Shown here one piece after another: positions 1 to 8,727 of a stretch of 64,000 bases of DNA. The stretch's first letter is position 1. Each line of letters opens with the position of its first letter. This DNA is from Minisyncoccota bacterium (GTDB taxonomy: Bacteria > Patescibacteriota > Minisyncoccia > Phycocordibacterales > UBA12079): contig JAGLLX010000010.1 of NCBI GenBank assembly GCA_023140255.1, positions 19,774 to 83,773 on the forward strand, written 5' to 3'. Below the pieces are notes generated by a model. That model did not search any database and was not told the origin of the DNA. It was given only the letters and a program-made list of their open reading frames with translations. A program made the translations under genes and the position numbers.

Positions 1-1
1 A

Positions 2-238
2 ATTGGTCCAAATTATGGACAATTAAAAGATATTGATGAAAGACTAGAGGCTCATACTCAAAATCTAGGAGAATTAAAGGAACTAAGAAGTCAACTTCAA
101 TATTCTAGCGACCAAACTTTACTTGATGAACAAATTCAAGTAATGGAAGAAATCCAAACTGAATTAGAAGATGCAGTTGGAGAAGAACAAAGAGGGTTCT
201 CTCTATTCGGTTGGTTAAATAAACTGTTTAGAAAATAA
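2..238 (+). CDS. hypothetical protein, C-terminal fragment (5' end outside window)
   Basis: Open frame from the window edge to TAA at 236-238, coiled-coil-like sequence ending ...GFSLFGWLNKLFRK. A hairpin plus T-run follows at 262-290. Confidence 0.4.
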   Translation: MGPNYGQLKDIDERLEAHTQNLGELKELRSQLQYSSDQTLLDEQIQVMEEIQTELEDAVGEEQRGFSLFGWLNKLFRK

Positions 239-261
239 AAACAATTAAATTTCTAAATTTA

Positions 262-290
262 AAAAACACTGTTTCAACAGTGTTTTTTAT
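262..290 (+). terminator. rho-independent terminator
   Basis: aacactg-tttcaa-cagtgtt stem-loop followed by TTTTT. Confidence 0.6.
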
Positions 291-622
291 TTATCAACAT
301 AATCCCTCTTTAAACTTTTATTATTTACTTTTTAGTATATAAAACATTATATTTAATAGACTATAAACTAAATTATTATGGCAAAAAGAAAAACTGACTT
401 AAATAAGAAAAGTAATTTTCAAAAAACTTAAAAACTCACATAAATTTATATGAGTTTTTGTTTATTCCCCTGTATTTTACACTCTATCATTCTATAAAAT
501 GATAGAATAGAATATATTAAAAAGTTATCCTTTTTTTTAATTTGCTATTTAATATTATGAATGTACTATAGATAACAGGTAGTTTTTTGTAAAAAATTAA
601 AAGTAAACAAGGAGGTTTAAAA

Positions 623-925
623 ATGGCGTCAGAAGATATCCCTTCTCAAAAAAAAGTTAAATCTGTTTTTAAACAATTAACGAGAACAACTGCTTGGGAA
701 AGTATCTGCAGAGCAACAGATAAACAAGGTTTATATCTTTGGATAATTAGATTAAAACAAAAAGAAGGTTTTGTTACATATTCATATCTACGACGAGGCA
801 ATTTCCCTGAAGGAAGATCATTAGACACTGTAATTCATATTTCTATTTTTGATGCCCAAGGAGATATTAAAGAAAAGCGTTTAGTAGCAAAACTCAAACA
901 AGGAAAATGGAAAATTACTCCTTAA
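623..925 (+). CDS. hypothetical small protein (100 aa)
   Basis: Strong SD: aaacaaggaggtttaaaa then ATG. Flanked by related repeats at about 480-510 and 973-1000. Confidence 0.55.
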   Translation: MASEDIPSQKKVKSVFKQLTRTTAWESICRATDKQGLYLWIIRLKQKEGFVTYSYLRRGNFPEGRSLDTVIHISIFDAQGDIKEKRLVAKLKQGKWKITP

Positions 926-1145
926 AAAGTCCGTTCAATAGAAAACTGTTTCTACTTGAGCGGTTTTCTTTTTTTATTCTATAGAATGATAGAATGTAAA
1001 ATACCAAAAAAAAATTTACATTTACATCCAAAGAGATTCTCTTTGGATGATTAGTTGAGTTAACTGACAATATTTCACTTGTTGGTTGAGTAAGCAAAGA
1101 AAAACCATTACTATTACGAAGTTTAACTGCTCCATACTTAGACAT
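915..1145 (-). CDS. hypothetical small protein (76 aa), uncertain
   Basis: Very strong SD on the minus strand (aaaaaagggggattaa then ATG at 1145). The ORF contains an internal perfect hairpin (1029-1050) and runs through a repeat copy, so it may be shorter or non-coding. Confidence 0.3.
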   Translation of the reverse strand: MSKYGAVKLRNSNGFSLLTQPTSEILSVNSTNHPKRISLDVNVNFFLVFYILSFYRIKKENRSSRNSFLLNGLFKE

Positions 1146-1340
1146 TTAATCCCCCTTTTTTCTCTTTTTATTATTTTGTTATTTATTTTTTAGAAAATAC
1201 AATTGATTTTCTTACTTTCTACTTTATACCATACTATAGCTAACTGTATATGTAAAGGGTTTTTAAATGACTTTTTAAAATTAAATTTATGATATAATCT
1301 TTACTATTAGAATTAATATTAAAATAATTTAAAAACTTTT

Positions 1341-2249
1341 ATGAAAAATACAATTATTACACTTATAATCATTATTGTTCTTGGTTTTGGAGGGTATTTA
1401 ATTTTTAAAAACTCAGGTTCAGACTCAAGTACAACTCAATACCAAAATATAGACTTAATACAAGATACAGATCAAGCCACAACAACTCCTACAACAAAAG
1501 AAAATAAAGAGATGACTGTTATAGGGAAATCTGTTGAGGGACGAGATATTACAGCCTACCATTATGGTGAAGGAGACACTGAAATTCTATTTATTGGAGG
1601 AACACACGGAGGATATGGTTGGGCTACTTCCCTTTTAGCTTACGAAACAATTGATTCTCTAAAACTAGACTCAAGTATAGACCCCGCTAAAATAAAGGTA
1701 ACTGTTATTCCTAGTCTAAACCCAGATGGGTTAAATAAAATTGTTGGAACTTCAGAACGATTTGAATTAGCAGACGCTCCTGAAAAAAGTGTAGACACAA
1801 CTGAAGGCCGTTTCAACGCAAATGAAGTTGATTTGAATAGAAACTTTGATTGTAATTGGAAAACTACTAGTAAATGGCAAAACAAAACTGTTAGTGGTGG
1901 AACTGAAGCCTTTTCTGAACCAGAAGCTCAAGCTATTAAAAATTATGTAGAAGAAAATAAACCAGCAGCTGTTATTGTTTGGTATAGTGCTGCTGGAGGA
2001 GTTTTTGCTTCAAGTTGTTATAATGGTGTCTCAGAAGAAACAAGTACTCTTACAAGTATTTATGCTGACGCATCAGGTTACCCAAAATATGAAAAATTTG
2101 ATTATTATGCAATAACTGGAGATATGGTTAATTGGTTAGCTAAAAAAGATATTCCAGCCATCAGTGTTCTTCTTAGCACTCATAATGATATTGATTGGGA
2201 TAAAAATGAAGCTGGAATTAAGGCTGTTATAAAACATTACATCAAATAA
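1341..2249 (+). CDS. membrane-anchored M14-like peptidase domain protein (paralog A, likely inactive)
   Basis: N-terminal TM helix. Carries the DLNRNFD substrate-binding motif typical of the M14 / gamma-D-Glu-meso-DAP peptidase family. Has HGGYGW in place of the HxxE zinc site and VWYS where paralog B has FWHS. Confidence 0.6.
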   Translation: MKNTIITLIIIIVLGFGGYLIFKNSGSDSSTTQYQNIDLIQDTDQATTTPTTKENKEMTVIGKSVEGRDITAYHYGEGDTEILFIGGTHGGYGWATSLLAYETIDSLKLDSSIDPAKIKVTVIPSLNPDGLNKIVGTSERFELADAPEKSVDTTEGRFNANEVDLNRNFDCNWKTTSKWQNKTVSGGTEAFSEPEAQAIKNYVEENKPAAVIVWYSAAGGVFASSCYNGVSEETSTLTSIYADASGYPKYEKFDYYAITGDMVNWLAKKDIPAISVLLSTHNDIDWDKNEAGIKAVIKHYIK

Positions 2250-3118
2250 TGAATCAACTTTTTACTAAACGAAGAATTGGAGCAATTACTCTATTTACCT
2301 TATTTTGTATAGGCTTATTTACTTTTTATATTTTCTTGAAGACTAATGTAGAAGAAATTCCCTTAGATAATTCTCCAAAATATGAAATAGTTGGATCATC
2401 AGTAGAGGGACGAAAAATTGAAGCTTACACATTTGGAAATGGAGAAACTCAGCTTCTTTTTGTTGGAGGAATACATGGAGGCTATGAATGGAATTCTGTT
2501 TTACTTGCACACAAGGTTATAGATTATCTTAAAATCAATTCTGAAATAATTCCCGAAAATATAAATGTAACAATAATCCCCTCTGCTAACCCAGATGGAA
2601 TATTTAAAATAACCCAAAAAGAAGGATTATTTACAGCAATGGATATGCCTGAAAGTGAAGATACGGTTCAGGGTCGTTTTAATGCAAACGAAGTTGATTT
2701 GAATAGAAATTTTGATTGTAAATGGCAACCTGAAAGTACTTGGCGAAACAAAGTGGTTAGTGCCGGAACTTCCCCGTTCTCTGAACCGGAAGCTCAAGCT
2801 ATCCGAGATTTTGTTTTAGAAAATAATCCTCAAGCTGTTATCTTCTGGCACAGCCAAGCCAATACTGTTTATGCATCAGAATGTGAAAATGGAGTTCTCC
2901 CTGAAACTCTTGATATTATGAATGCTTATGCAAAAGCTTCTGGCTATAAGTCTGTGGATTCATTTGATGCTTACGAAGTAACTGGCGATGCAGAAGGTTG
3001 GCTAGCTTCAATTAATATTCCTGCTATTACAGTAGAACTTAAGACTCATGAATCAATTGATTGGACACAAAATTTAGCAGGTATCAATGCCCTTTTTGAA
3101 TATTATAACTCAAACTAA
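2249..3118 (+). CDS. membrane-anchored M14-like peptidase domain protein (paralog B)
   Basis: Tandem paralog of the previous gene with a TAATG stop/start overlap. Has IHGGYEW, DLNRNFD and FWHS, so the predicted zinc ligands are present. Confidence 0.6.
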   Translation: MNQLFTKRRIGAITLFTLFCIGLFTFYIFLKTNVEEIPLDNSPKYEIVGSSVEGRKIEAYTFGNGETQLLFVGGIHGGYEWNSVLLAHKVIDYLKINSEIIPENINVTIIPSANPDGIFKITQKEGLFTAMDMPESEDTVQGRFNANEVDLNRNFDCKWQPESTWRNKVVSAGTSPFSEPEAQAIRDFVLENNPQAVIFWHSQANTVYASECENGVLPETLDIMNAYAKASGYKSVDSFDAYEVTGDAEGWLASINIPAITVELKTHESIDWTQNLAGINALFEYYNSN

Positions 3119-3254
3119 AATTTTATTTAGCTAAAAACCGTCCACAGAAAACCGTTTCTGTTTGAACGGTTTTCTTATTCTTTTAAAAATATGTTATCAT
3201 AGAAATTCCTTATTTTTAAAAAATAAAATTACTATTAATTTAACTAATTAAATT

Positions 3255-4397
3255 ATGCAAAAAAAATTTACACCCTTATTATTCCTAATGTCTTTAGGCG
3301 CTGGAGGCTTGGCTATCTCAGGCTTTTCATTTTTAAACTATACAATAAACCATGGTGAGGGTCTTGTTTATATAACTCAAATGTTGAATTTAAATTCAAC
3401 ATTTTTAGAACTTTTATTTTATAGAATGGCTGAAATAATAATGGTAGTGTTTACTCTTATCCATTTTTACTTAACTATCTATTTATTAAGAATCTATATT
3501 CCGTGGCTGAAAAGTGAAGAACATAAAATTATTAAAAACAACCCTTTAGAAAACTCTTCATTAGTTACTCCTTTTATCTCATTAATAATGACTATGAATG
3601 TATTTTTAGCGGTTATAAGATACTTTATTCCTGCGGCTGCTGAAAATTTACAAGTATTTATGTTTTCAGGTTTTATTGTTTGGTTATTATTATGGCTAGC
3701 TCTTATGAAAATAGAAATTTCTCTTCTTAAAATTTCATTTTCAAAAAGTTTTGATATCAGTAAAATTAATTTTGGATGGCTCCTGCACCCTTTTGCTTTA
3801 AGCATGTTAACTGTTACGGGTATGGGAATAGCAGCTTTGGCACAAGATTATGTTCTTGCAAGTACAGCTATGTTCCTATCACTTATCTCTGGAACTATGG
3901 GATTATTTTTACTAACAGTAAAATTAATTACATTATTTAAAAGCCACATTACAGCTCCTGGTCTTCCTGAAAAGCAATTTTTACCTAGTTTTTTGATTAT
4001 TGTTCCTAATATTACCCTTTTTGCTATTAGTTTTTTTAGATTTGGTCATTATTTAGAAAATAAAATGCATTTTGAAATGGGTTCTTATTTTATAATAGTA
4101 ATACTTATAAGCTTTGCTTTTGAAATATGGTATATGGCATTTGGAATTACTTTACTTAAAGACTACTTTAAGAAAGAAATGAGAGAAGAATTCCATATTT
4201 CTCAATGGGGATTCATTTGTCCTTTTGTAGCTTTTTCTGTTCTAGCTACTTTTGTACATAATTTATTTATCCCTTCTATCTATTTTAGTATACTAATAAT
4301 ATTAGTAATGCTATTTACATCAATTTTATTTTTCTATCTTTTAAATCGTCATTTAAAATGTGTTAAAAATAAAAAAATTAAATTTGAATGTGTATAA
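3255..4397 (+). CDS. polytopic integral membrane protein (about 10 TM), function unknown
   Basis: Highly hydrophobic 380 aa protein. No motif recognised with confidence. Confidence 0.55.
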   Translation: MQKKFTPLLFLMSLGAGGLAISGFSFLNYTINHGEGLVYITQMLNLNSTFLELLFYRMAEIIMVVFTLIHFYLTIYLLRIYIPWLKSEEHKIIKNNPLENSSLVTPFISLIMTMNVFLAVIRYFIPAAAENLQVFMFSGFIVWLLLWLALMKIEISLLKISFSKSFDISKINFGWLLHPFALSMLTVTGMGIAALAQDYVLASTAMFLSLISGTMGLFLLTVKLITLFKSHITAPGLPEKQFLPSFLIIVPNITLFAISFFRFGHYLENKMHFEMGSYFIIVILISFAFEIWYMAFGITLLKDYFKKEMREEFHISQWGFICPFVAFSVLATFVHNLFIPSIYFSILIILVMLFTSILFFYLLNRHLKCVKNKKIKFECV

Positions 4398-4439
4398 TAA
4401 ATTAGAATTTAAAGACAATTAAAGTTATAATTAAAAACA

Positions 4440-4877
4440 ATGGAATTAACCGAAAATAAAAAAACTCCTCTTAAAAAAGCGGTGTTTAAAACAATTCAAT
4501 CATTTAAAATCTCTCTTCCTATTATCATAGGGGTTCTTCTTTTAGTTAATTTAATAAATGTTCACGCAAAAGATTATTACATGAAATTATTTACTGGAAA
4601 TTTAATGTGGGATTCCCTGATTGGAACCTTAGCAGGAAGTATTTCCTTAGGGATTCCTTTAACCAGTTACGTTATCGGAGGAGAATTATTAAAAGAAGGA
4701 ATCTCTTTAATCGCTATTACTGCTTTTATTTTAAGTTGGACTACTGTTGGAATAGCTATGTTGCCTTTAGAAATAAAATTTATGGGAAAACGCTTTGCTT
4801 TTGTCAGAAATTCAGTTAATTTTGTTTTTGCAATTATTATTTCTATTTTGGTTATTTTAACTCTTTCTATTTTATAA
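4440..4877 (+). CDS. predicted permease, subunit 1 of a split two-gene permease
   Basis: Hydrophobic 145 aa protein. Its stop overlaps the start of the next hydrophobic ORF (ATGA at 4877), resembling split DUF318-type permeases (family assignment tentative). Confidence 0.45.
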   Translation: MELTENKKTPLKKAVFKTIQSFKISLPIIIGVLLLVNLINVHAKDYYMKLFTGNLMWDSLIGTLAGSISLGIPLTSYVIGGELLKEGISLIAITAFILSWTTVGIAMLPLEIKFMGKRFAFVRNSVNFVFAIIISILVILTLSIL

Positions 4878-5389
4878 TGAATAAATTACTCGCAAAAAAT
4901 AAACAAAAAGGTGTAACTAAATTTCTAATGGCTGTTTTTGTAATTTATTTAGGAGCTGCTTTATATGATTTCTCTATTGTGAAAGAAGCCTTTTTTGACT
5001 TTTTAGCAATGTTCATACAAATGATACCAATATTAGCTTTTGTTTTTGTACTAATGGCTATAGTCAATTTTTACTTTACTCCAGAAAGAATAAAAAAACA
5101 TTTAGGAGAAAGCTCGGGAATTAAAGGGTGGATTTATACAATGCTCTCAGGAATTATTATCTCTGGTCACGCCTACATCTTTTTCCCATTACTTAAAGAT
5201 TTAAAAGATCATGGAATGAAAGACTCTTTGTTAGCTGTATTTTTATATAGTAAAAATATAAAGATTCCATTTTTACCAGTAATGGTTTATTATTTTGGAC
5301 TAAGCTTTACTATCGTATTAACTATTTATACTGCTATATTCTCAATTTTAAACGGGTTTGTCGTAGAATGGTTAGTAAAACGAAAATAA
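4877..5389 (+). CDS. predicted permease, subunit 2
   Basis: Hydrophobic 170 aa protein translationally coupled to 4440-4877. Confidence 0.45.
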   Translation: MNKLLAKNKQKGVTKFLMAVFVIYLGAALYDFSIVKEAFFDFLAMFIQMIPILAFVFVLMAIVNFYFTPERIKKHLGESSGIKGWIYTMLSGIIISGHAYIFFPLLKDLKDHGMKDSLLAVFLYSKNIKIPFLPVMVYYFGLSFTIVLTIYTAIFSILNGFVVEWLVKRK

Positions 5390-5446
5390 GAATTCTCTTG
5401 CTTATCAACCTAAAATCATATATAATCTGCTCTATAAAAAAATATT

Positions 5447-5605
5447 ATGTCACAAGATAGATTAATTAAATTAGCTTGTCAGGATTGTAAAAGAATCAAT
5501 TATTGGTCAAGTAAAAATAAGAAGTTAGTTGTTGATAAAATTGAACTCAACAAATATTGTAAATGGTGTAGAAAACACACTGTTCATAAAGAAACTAAAA
5601 AGTAA
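5447..5605 (+). CDS. rpmG: 50S ribosomal protein L33
   Basis: 52 aa translation [52 protein letters not shown] with the Cys4 L33 signature. Not in the ORF track because it is shorter than 60 aa. Confidence 0.85.
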   Translation: MSQDRLIKLACQDCKRINYWSSKNKKLVVDKIELNKYCKWCRKHTVHKETKK

Positions 5606-5623
5606 ACTTATTTTTTAAGGAGG

Positions 5624-5652
5624 CGATGAGTTTTTACTCATCGTCTTTTTTT
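5624..5652 (+). terminator. rho-independent terminator after rpmG
   Basis: cgatgagt-tttt-actcatcg followed by TCTTTTTTT. Confidence 0.65.
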
Positions 5653-5697
5653 ATAGAATAATTTAGAAAAATTTGATAAAATAGGTTCAGTCAATAA

Positions 5698-5771
5698 GGG
5701 TCCATAGTTTAGTTGGTAAAACAACGGTCTCCAAAACCGTCAACCGAGGTTCGAGTCCTCGTGGACCCGCA
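5698..5771 (+). tRNA. tRNA-Trp (anticodon CCA)
   Basis: Full cloverleaf: acceptor GGGTCCA/TGGACCC, D arm GTTT..AAAC, anticodon stem ACGGT/ACCGT with loop CTCCAAA, T arm CGAGG-TTCGAGT-CCTCG. No encoded CCA. Confidence 0.9.
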
Positions 5772-5940
5772 ATAATGAAAATCATCCAATTTCATATTGA
5801 GTGATTTTTATTATCTATGATTCTAATAGGACTCGAACGGTGATAGGAAAAGGACTAAATTCCTTTTCCGAGCCGCGACCAGCAGTACTTAGTAAAATTA
5901 GAGTGAACTTTGTGAACAAATAATTTTACTTAGTAACTGT

Positions 5941-5964
5941 GGGTCGAGTCCTCGTGGACCCGCA
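5941..5964 (+). repeat. direct copy of the tRNA-Trp 3' end (23/24 nt identical to 5748-5771)
   Basis: GGGTCGAGTCCTCGTGGACCCGCA versus GGTTCGAGTCCTCGTGGACCCGCA, 193 bp downstream. A hairpin terminator follows. Confidence 0.8.
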
Positions 5965-5977
5965 AAAAGACATTTAA

Positions 5978-6001
5978 CCCCAAATGATAATTTGGGGTTT
6001 T
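5978..6001 (+). terminator. rho-independent terminator
   Basis: ccccaaat-gata-atttgggg followed by TTT. Confidence 0.6.
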
Positions 6002-6037
6002 AGTATTTTATAATCTTTATTTAATCTTAAGTTTTAA

Positions 6038-6079
6038 ATATTATATGCTGGTATTCTGCAGAATACCAGCATATAATAT
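6038..6079. promoter_or_regulatory. perfect 42-bp palindrome overlapping a -10-like TATAAT, 15 bp upstream of the ArsR-family gene
   Basis: AATATTATATGCTGGTATTCTGCAGAATACCAGCATATAATATT. Verified base by base as its own reverse complement. Candidate operator. Confidence 0.6.
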
Positions 6080-6093
6080 GATATAATTTAAAC

Positions 6094-6381
6094 ATGTATA
6101 AATATAAAAATAAAAAAACATATAGACAATTAGAAAGATTAGTCAAAGGATTTGCTAATCATAGAAGAATACAAGTAATGGAATTATTAAAAAAGAAACC
6201 TGAATTATCAGTTATAGAAATAGCAGAAGAATTAAGTGTTAATGTTAAAACAATATCTGATCATATAAAAAAATTAGCCATGTCAGGGTTAATTTTAAAA
6301 AGGAATGAATTACAATCAGTCAGGCACAAACTAACAAAAAACGGGGAACAAATTCTTAAGTTCTTGAGAACTTTAACATAA
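6094..6381 (+). CDS. ArsR/SmtB-family winged-helix transcriptional regulator
   Basis: HRRIQVMELLKKKPELSVIEIAEELSVNVKTISDHIKKLAMSGLI matches the ArsR HTH region. Confidence 0.7.
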   Translation: MYKYKNKKTYRQLERLVKGFANHRRIQVMELLKKKPELSVIEIAEELSVNVKTISDHIKKLAMSGLILKRNELQSVRHKLTKNGEQILKFLRTLT

Positions 6382-6468
6382 ATATTTAAACCCTTTACTT
6401 TACATTAATATTATTATATGATATTTCTAGTTGTTATTTTTGATAAAAATATATAAAGGAGGTAGAAA

Positions 6469-6903
6469 ATGAAAAAAAGAAGGGAAATAGAAGTACTGCA
6501 AAAAGGACGTTCTTTCAAAGTGGAAGGGAGTTTTAAATTTGCTGTGCAAATTCCAGACAACGCTATTGGGTGTAGTGGCTCTCGTTGCTCAAATTGTGAC
6601 AATAAAGAAGTATATTGTCATCAAATATGTAAAGAATGTGGACTACCTTTTGTTGGTCCTTTTGGCCTTCCCCAACTACCTATTTGGGAAAGCATGAGCT
6701 TCAGCAAAAGGAAAGCTCTTGTACTAAAAATCTTTAAGCACAAGAAGAATAGAGGCCGAATGGAATATATAGGAATTAGATTTATTCCAATGACCCCTCG
6801 GGAACTACTACGAATAGAAACTCTGGACGAAAAAGGAGCCGAATCATTCCTTTGTGTCCATGGAGTATCTCCTGGGAACATGAAGAACATTCTTCATGCT
6901 TAA
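6469..6903 (+). CDS. hypothetical Cys-rich protein (144 aa)
   Basis: Strong SD (aaaggaggtagaaa then ATG). N-terminal cysteine cluster CSGSRCSNCDNKEVYCHQICKECG. Possibly co-transcribed with the ArsR-like gene. Confidence 0.55.
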   Translation: MKKRREIEVLQKGRSFKVEGSFKFAVQIPDNAIGCSGSRCSNCDNKEVYCHQICKECGLPFVGPFGLPQLPIWESMSFSKRKALVLKIFKHKKNRGRMEYIGIRFIPMTPRELLRIETLDEKGAESFLCVHGVSPGNMKNILHA

Positions 6904-6906
6904 GTG

Positions 6907-6940
6907 ACCACAACAAAGATCATCTGTTGTGGTCTTTGTT
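6907..6940. terminator. bidirectional hairpin terminator between convergent genes
   Basis: accacaaca-aagatcatc-tgttgtggt. Confidence 0.55.
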
Positions 6941-6947
6941 ACCTCTA

Positions 6948-8567
6948 CTAAATAAATAATTTAACTAAACGAATGTCCTCCCAAGAAATATTATTTGGAA
7001 GGGCTTTTTTAATTGGACTTAATTTATCTCCGCCAACTTTTTTCCAAACCTTAAGTATTTCATCAAAATTTAATAAATCATCTTTTATATATTCAAAACT
7101 AACTCGTTTCTTCCCTTTCTCTTCAGCTAATTTTTCTAAATGACCAACTATTGTAGAAATAGTTAAATTTCGTTCTCTAGCAATATCCTCTATCATCATT
7201 TCTTTAATAATCATTTCTTTAGTAATATCAAAAGTTGAAATTTTTTCTTCTACATAATTTTCGACAACTGAGGCATCAACAAAATCTTTTTGAACTTCTT
7301 TTATATTTCCTTCTGCTTTTAAACGGAAAACAGCTCTTTCAGATTCTTTTTTTAATTCTAAATCAAAATCTAAAATCTCATCGTTCACTTGCAACGCAGT
7401 ATTATTTATTCCCTTTAAATATAATCCATTAAGTGATCTAACTCGAGAAAGAGCTACATAGCCCATTCCTGCTACAAAAGACTTAGAAAGATCAATTTCA
7501 GCTAAATCAAGACTCATTCCTTGGCTTTTATGAATAGTAATCGCCCATGCTAAACGCAAAGGAACTTGAATAATTTTGGCTTTTTGCTTTCCTTCTTCAT
7601 CAATATGCCAAAACTCATCTTCTACCAAAATTTCTTTACCTCTATAAGTTTTTACGACTGGCTGTCCATTACTAAAATCAATAATTGTTCCAAGAGTCCC
7701 ATTTACATAGCCTTTTTCAAAATTATTTTTTATGAACATCACCACAGCTCCTTTTTTTAAATGTAATTCTTCTTGAGCCAAACAACTTTTTTTTAAAGAA
7801 TCTACTAATCTTTTAGTTCCTGTGTCTTTCATTTTATAAATAACAGCAGGAGCTTTAATTTTATTTAGTTCTTGCAGATTCAAAGAATCAACATCTCTAT
7901 TATGTGTATATAGTTTTGTGGGTGTAAATTTAAATTCAGAATATTTTTGTCTTCCTTTTAATACTTCCCAAGTATTTTCGTCCACCCGACTATCTCTTAT
8001 TTCATTTAAAATTTTCAATAAGGAATCATTTTCTTCTTGTCTATATTGTTCTTCTAAATAACAAATATTTAAATCCATATTTGTCCAAATATTTGATTTA
8101 TAAGCAAAATTCATTTCTCCGTCAGCTTTGTTTATAGGAGGTAATTGGAAAAAATCTCCACACAAAATAATCTGCATTCCTCCAAAAGGGTAATCATTGT
8201 GTTTAAACGCCCTACAAATAATATCAATCGCATCTAACTGAAAAGAATGGAGCATTGAAATCTCATCAATAATCAAAACTTGAGTATATTTAAACCTTCT
8301 CTTCAAATACTTTTTTTCTAATAAAGAATCTATATCTAAAGCTGATAATTTATCTTTAATTCCTAAACCAGACCAAGAATGAATAGTCACGCCATTCATA
8401 TGAGTAGCCGCAATTCCAGTAGAAGCCGTTACCCCCACCGGCACGGATTTTTCTTTGAGAAAATTAATATATTGATTAAGTAAATAAGTTTTCCCTGATC
8501 CAGCAGGACCTGTTAAAAAAACATTTTTACCCATTTTTAAAATTTCCAAAGCTTCAGACTGCAACAT
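6948..8567 (-). CDS. PIF1/RecD-like ATP-dependent DNA helicase with a C-terminal extension
   Basis: Walker A GPAGSGKTY, Walker B LIIDE and the QLPP motif of PIF1-type helicases. Confidence 0.65.
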   Translation of the reverse strand: MLQSEALEILKMGKNVFLTGPAGSGKTYLLNQYINFLKEKSVPVGVTASTGIAATHMNGVTIHSWSGLGIKDKLSALDIDSLLEKKYLKRRFKYTQVLIIDEISMLHSFQLDAIDIICRAFKHNDYPFGGMQIILCGDFFQLPPINKADGEMNFAYKSNIWTNMDLNICYLEEQYRQEENDSLLKILNEIRDSRVDENTWEVLKGRQKYSEFKFTPTKLYTHNRDVDSLNLQELNKIKAPAVIYKMKDTGTKRLVDSLKKSCLAQEELHLKKGAVVMFIKNNFEKGYVNGTLGTIIDFSNGQPVVKTYRGKEILVEDEFWHIDEEGKQKAKIIQVPLRLAWAITIHKSQGMSLDLAEIDLSKSFVAGMGYVALSRVRSLNGLYLKGINNTALQVNDEILDFDLELKKESERAVFRLKAEGNIKEVQKDFVDASVVENYVEEKISTFDITKEMIIKEMMIEDIARERNLTISTIVGHLEKLAEEKGKKRVSFEYIKDDLLNFDEILKVWKKVGGDKLSPIKKALPNNISWEDIRLVKLFI

Positions 8568-8727
8568 AATGAAAACATTATAGCATAAATAGATATTATG
8601 GATTATAATTAAAGAATATTAAATAATTAATTAATTTTATATATGAAGCGAGCATATAATTACGGCATTCGGATTATATAAAAATAAATATTAACATAAT
8701 CATTTTTATAAATCCTCATTTGAAATT

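Noticed and set aside
5827-5837. Minus-strand tRNA at 5822-5900, suggested by the GGACTCGAAC T-loop-like string
   Set aside because: The flanking bases cannot form a T stem or acceptor stem. It is kept only as an inverted tRNA fragment within the tRNA-Trp repeat region.
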